Virus record (IMG/VR): IMGVR_UViG_3300037258_001214 | Coordinates: 1 to 64,000 of that record | DNA length: 64,000 bases | Source: a virus | Reading direction: 5' to 3' (one strand) | Part shown: in pieces, positions 59,977-64,000 of the stretch | Layout of the letters: each line of letters begins with the position of its first letter | Numbering within the stretch: position 1 is the stretch's first letter | Program-made: the position numbers and the translations under genes | Notes under the pieces: generated by a model | Told to the model about the DNA's origin: nothing | Seen by the model: the letters and a program-made list of their open reading frames with translations, nothing else | The model's database searches: none

Positions 59977-60393
59977 ATGTCTCGTACTGCACTGGCCGCT
60001 ATCCAGCTGGCGCATGTCGGCGGCGTCAGCGCCGGGGCCGGGGTCGAACCCGACCACACGAACGGCAACATCGTCGCGTCGCCGGGGCCTTTCCGGTCGC
60101 TGATCGTCGTGGCGAACGCCGGGTCGGCCATCAACCTGATCGTCCGCGCGAGCGGCTACCAGGGCACGCCCACCGGGGCGGCGAACTCCGCCTACACGAC
60201 CGACCAGTACCAGCCGTTCGCCACGGCGAGCATCGGTGACCTGACCTACAGCCTGACCGCTAACGCGACGTCAGTGATCGACCTGGAGGAGGACACCGAG
60301 CGGTTCACCCAGGCGGACGGGTCGATGTGGCTCGACTGGGGGACGCCCACCAACCTCCTGGCCTGGGTGCTCCAGCGGCCGTACATGCCGTAG
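59977..60393 (+). CDS. Probable capsid decoration / virion protein
   Basis: Small beta-rich protein directly after the capsid gene. Confidence 0.55.
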   Translation: MSRTALAAIQLAHVGGVSAGAGVEPDHTNGNIVASPGPFRSLIVVANAGSAINLIVRASGYQGTPTGAANSAYTTDQYQPFATASIGDLTYSLTANATSVIDLEEDTERFTQADGSMWLDWGTPTNLLAWVLQRPYMP

Positions 60394-60423
60394 CGGCATC
60401 ACCGCATGCCGTAGCAGACCTGA

Positions 60424-60461
60424 GCGCGGCCCCGGTTTCCTTCCGGCGGCCGGGGCCGCGC
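60424..60461 (+). terminator. Hairpin after the capsid genes
   Basis: gcgcggccccgg / ccggggccgcgc. Confidence 0.6.
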
Positions 60462-60498
60462 CCAGCCGGAAGAGGTACTACGCAAGGAGGCAACACAG

Positions 60499-60954
60499 AT
60501 GGCCGCAGCAGCGAACGTCGCGGACCTGCCCGTGATCAGGCTGATCAACCCCGCCACCGGGGTCAGCCTGGAATACCAGGGCAGGTGGCTGCGCCCCGGC
60601 AAGGCGAGCATGGCCGACGTGAAGCGGGGCATCGCCCGGTACCCCGGTGACAAGGTGTGGCTCACCCTTCCCCCGGGCGTGCAGAAGCAGCTCGACGCCG
60701 GGCGGCTGCAGGTCGCCGGGGAGTTCGCTGCCCGGGAGAGCATCCAGGCGTCCGGGACCGCTGAGTCGCTGATGCCCAGGGGCAACGCCAGCCACGAGCA
60801 GTGGCTGAGCTTCGCCGTCACCCAGGGGATGGACCGGGAGGAAGCCGCGGGGCTGACCCGGGACCAGATCCGGGCCCGGTTCACTGCGCCCGCGTTCGAC
60901 CCGGACGCGGCACCGCAGGAGATCGGCGCGGATTTCGAATTGCTGAACGGCTGA
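60499..60954 (+). CDS. Head-associated protein
   Basis: C-terminal PRGNASHEQWLSFA...LTRDQI mini-domain. Confidence 0.6.
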   Translation: MAAAANVADLPVIRLINPATGVSLEYQGRWLRPGKASMADVKRGIARYPGDKVWLTLPPGVQKQLDAGRLQVAGEFAARESIQASGTAESLMPRGNASHEQWLSFAVTQGMDREEAAGLTRDQIRARFTAPAFDPDAAPQEIGADFELLNG

Positions 60955-60962
60955 TCTAGCCG

Positions 60963-61721
60963 ATGCCCACCCTGGCGCCGTACAGCAACGCGAGCTCGGA
61001 CGTCTTCCCGGGCGGCCTGCTTGAGCTGATCGTCCAGTTCGAGTCCAGCATGAACTCGGGCCAGGCGTGCGCGGCCAGCGGCGTCACGATCGGCATCACC
61101 CAGTCTGGCGCCCCCGACTCCGGCCAGGGCACGCCGGTGGCCACGACCTCAGCCGGGATCGTCACGCTGGGGATGGGCCTGTACCAGTACACCTGGCCCG
61201 TCCCCGAGAGCACCATGCCGGGCACCTACCTGGTGACGTGGACCGGGGTCCGGGCCAGCGACAGCGAGACGGTCACGTACTCCCAGGCCGCGACGGTCGC
61301 GGCCAACCCGGAGGCCGTCCCGCTGCCCGGCCTGTATGCCAGCGTGGCGCAGTACCGGGCCTGGTCCGGTGACCAGTGGACCCCGGCGCAGCTGGTCCAG
61401 GTGAAACTGCAGCGGGCCACCGAGGACATCGACGTGGCCCTGGTCGCCGCGGTGTACCGCACCGACGCGGACGGCATGCCCTTGGACGCGATGCTGGCCA
61501 ATGTCCTGGTCCGGGCCACCTCGGCGCAGGTGCAGTACCTGCTGGCGGTCAACGACGACAGCGGCATCAAGCGCGAGTTCGCCAGCACCAGCGTGGGCGG
61601 CGTGTCGGCCACCCGGTCGGCGCGGATGCAGGGCGGCGCGCTGCCGCCGCTGGCCCCGCGCGCCCTCTCGATCCTCCGCGTCGCCGGCGTCCTGCCAGCT
61701 GCGCCTCTCATTTCCTGGTTA
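60963..61721 (+). CDS. Probable head-tail adaptor with N-terminal Ig-like domain; apparent end at TGG-TTA-G (61716-61722)
   Basis: YASVAQY, LQRATEDID, RATSAQVQY, LAPRALSILRVAGVL; beyond the TTA the frame is junk overlapping the next gene, which has its own AGGAG RBS. Confidence 0.65.
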
Positions 61722-61734
61722 GGAGCAGCAAGCA

Positions 61735-62364
61735 ATGTTCACCATCCCCTCGAACGCGAGCCCGGCATCCCCGGTGACCTACGAGTGGCTCCAGGACCTC
61801 ATGGAGTCCCAGGCGCAGGAAGCCGTCGCCATCGCCGCGATCGCGGGAGGCTTCCCGGGCCCAGGCGCCAGCGGCTACCTCGGCTGGTCGGCCCCGGTGT
61901 GGCACGCGACCTCCACCGCGGCGCTGACGTCCACCGACATCTACGTGATCGCCGTCTACGTGCCGGTGGCCGGGACCGCGACCTTCGTGGACGTGGACGC
62001 CACCACCGCGGGCACCGTCACCGTCGCCGACACCGGCCTTTACACCCTGGCCGGGACGAAGCTGGCATCCGCGGCGACCGCGCAGCTGACCACGAACTCC
62101 GCGGCGTGGGGCGCCGGGATCAACACGTGGCAGTACGTCACCCCGGTCGCCCTGGCCGCGGGCGTCTACTACGCGACGATCGAGACCACCAGCTCGGGTG
62201 CGCCGTCGCTGGCGGCCAGCCCGGCGAGCCCGGTGATCAACTTCAACCTGCCGTCCAACGTCTACAACTACGCGACGGACAGCACCGGCACCATCCCGTC
62301 CTCGATCACCCCGTCCGGCCTGACCGGCGTGGTGACCGCGCAGCCGTGGGTCGGCATCCGCTAA
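61735..62364 (+). CDS. Thr/Ala/Gly-rich virion structural protein
   Basis: Beta-rich composition, in the late operon. Confidence 0.6.
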   Translation: MFTIPSNASPASPVTYEWLQDLMESQAQEAVAIAAIAGGFPGPGASGYLGWSAPVWHATSTAALTSTDIYVIAVYVPVAGTATFVDVDATTAGTVTVADTGLYTLAGTKLASAATAQLTTNSAAWGAGINTWQYVTPVALAAGVYYATIETTSSGAPSLAASPASPVINFNLPSNVYNYATDSTGTIPSSITPSGLTGVVTAQPWVGIR

Positions 62365-62368
62365 GGCC

Positions 62369-63407
62369 ATGGGACGACGGGGACGGCTTGCCAGGACCGC
62401 GGCCATCGCCGCCGCGGTCCTCGGCGTGCCGTTCCTGGTCGCCTGGTACGAGCAGGTGCGCCGCTGGGGGGCGGTCCACACCGGCAGCCTCAACTCGCCC
62501 GGCACGCCGCCGAACTACGACTTCTTCAGCGGGTTCGGGTCGATCATCCTGCCTCCGCTGCTGAACGGGCTCGCCGTCGGGGCCGTGTTCTGGTGGCACC
62601 ACCAGTGCGGCGTAACCGGGTGCTACTGGTACGCGCGCCGCAAGACCGCAGCGGGAGAGCCGGCCTGCTGGCGGCACCACCCCGAGCACAGGCGGACGGC
62701 CGCTGACCTGCACGCGGCACACCATGAGGCACGAGGGGGACCGAGGTGAATCCGGAGTGGGTGGCCGCGCTCGTCGCCCTGGTCGTCGCCGTCGCCGCCG
62801 GCCTCGGCTGGGCAGTGCGGTGGGCCTGGCGGGTCCTGCGGCGCGTCGTTCACTTCCTCGATGACTACTCGGGCCAGCCTGCCCGTGACGGCCTGGCCGC
62901 CCGCCCGGGCCTCATGGCCAGGCTCGGCGGCGTCGAGGAACTGCTGGCCAAGGTCGTGGCGGAGACGACGCCGAACGGGGGCGGGTCGATGCGGGATGAG
63001 GTGGCCCGGACCGCGCGGGACGTCGCCGACATCAAGTCCGAGCAGGCGAAGGTACGCGAGAAGCTCGAAAGGACGAGCCAGTGAAAAGACCCACCCCGAT
63101 GCAGGTCACGGGCAGCTTTATCGCGCTCTCGCTGGTAGTGGGCGGCGGTAGCCTCTGGTCGGGCTATGTCGAGGCGCACTCGCAGGCCCGGTCGCAGGCT
63201 CACGCGGTGCTCGTCATCGAGCAGCGCGAGCAGGCCGCGCAAAAGGCAGCGGGCGTCGTGCTCGGTGACAAGCTGTGCTCGACGTTCGACACGCTCTCGG
63301 CGCTCAAGCCACCTGCGGGTAACCCGAAGGCGAACCCGAGCAGGGCGTACGAGCAAGAGCTGCATGCCGCGCTCGACCAGCTCGGCACCGACCTGGGCTG
63401 CAGGTAG
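62369..63407 (+). CDS. Three membrane-associated proteins (62369-62749, 62746-63084, 63081-63407)
   Basis: N-terminal TM helices; PNGGGSMRD motif in the second. Confidence 0.6.
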
Positions 63408-63413
63408 GCCACG

Positions 63414-63761
63414 GTGGGCGCGGAGACGGCCAATACCTCGGTGACGATCTACCGCGGCACCACGTCCAACCAGTTCGGCGACCAGGTCGACAGCAACGTC
63501 CCGTACATCACCGGCCTCCCCGCGACCCTGATCGAGACCGGCAAGAACACCCAGGATCCGAGCACCCCGACACCCCGGACGATCCGCGCGATCTACTGCA
63601 ACGTCCCCGAGTGGGCCGGGGTGCTCAACACTGACCGGATCATGGACGAGCGCACCGGGGATGTCTTCATCGTCATCAGCGTGACCAAGCCGCCGACGAT
63701 CATCGGGGCGCCGGTCGACACGGTCCTGCAACTGAAGCGGATCAGTGCGAACGCGGCCTAG
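63414..63761 (+). CDS. Probable head-closure protein
   Basis: VTIYRG...FGD...DRIMDERTG. Confidence 0.6.
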   Translation: MGAETANTSVTIYRGTTSNQFGDQVDSNVPYITGLPATLIETGKNTQDPSTPTPRTIRAIYCNVPEWAGVLNTDRIMDERTGDVFIVISVTKPPTIIGAPVDTVLQLKRISANAA

Positions 63762-64000
63762 GCTGCGGCCATGAAGCGGGCATGCGCCGATGGCGACGAG
63801 CAGGACGCCTTCACCGGCTGGCGGCACGTGATGTCCTGGCAGCGCGGCGAGCTGCGGAAGATCAAGCGCCGGGCGGGCAAGCGGGAGCGGCGCGTGGCCA
63901 GGGCTGCTATCGAGCGGGGGCGTGGCGGGTGACCACGCCCCAGCAGCCTCCGCCCTCAGCCGGTGACGAGCGGGAGGACACCGCGGCCGAGGCGGGTATC

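Larger units (their letters stand above)
1..64000. mobile_element. Temperate actinobacteriophage / prophage (ends not visible), with an embedded AICE-like transfer module
   Basis: Terminase-portal-scaffold-capsid order, lysis genes, cro/repressor switch, ERF/helicase/exonuclease early arm, tyrosine recombinase; no host housekeeping genes recognised. Confidence 0.95.

Noticed and set aside
1-64000. CRISPR arrays, tRNA/rRNA genes, IS transposases, attP/attL/attR
   Set aside because: None recognised by eye; a tRNA scan (especially for tRNA-Leu UAA) was not possible and should be run

Overview
This very GC-rich window is most of a temperate actinobacterial phage or prophage genome; no att site or host flank is visible. 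From left to right it holds: (i) an XRE gene and a Xer-like tyrosine recombinase; (ii) a long leftward early arm (~1.2-29.4 kb) with RtcB RNA ligase, J-domain, ASCH, DUF2786, a YfdP/YfdQ-like pair, EndoVII-like nuclease, a replication initiator with an internal iteron array, C5 DNA methyltransferase, Gp37/Gp68, DEDDh exonuclease, UvrD-like helicase and ERF recombinase; (iii) a divergent cro/repressor switch at 29.0-30.1 kb; (iv) an XRE-TPR regulator with two tandem actinobacterial SAM methyltransferases; (v) an AICE/plasmid-type transfer module (GntR/Kor, WhiB, TraB-FtsK, clt-like 8-mer array, Spd-like proteins; 36.4-43.6 kb); (vi) a rightward late arm (amidase, holin, terminases, portal, scaffold, major capsid, head-completion genes) interrupted by many accessory genes. 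Three signals stand out. First, the portal gene is broken by an 8-nt gap TGG|TTAAGTGA|GGC that starts with the rare TTA codon and ends in a near-matching landing codon, which fits TTA(bldA)-gated translational bypassing. The other seven in-frame TTA codons I found all lie at or near a protein's natural C-terminus, including the repressor's. Second, a phage carries a TraB/clt/Spd conjugation cassette. Third, tandem G-NAA-C hairpins follow a TACnnT -10-like box in front of five late gene blocks. Several single-base homopolymer frameshifts suggest the assembly has indel errors, which is a caveat for all frameshift claims. All family assignments come from motif recognition by eye, not database searches.
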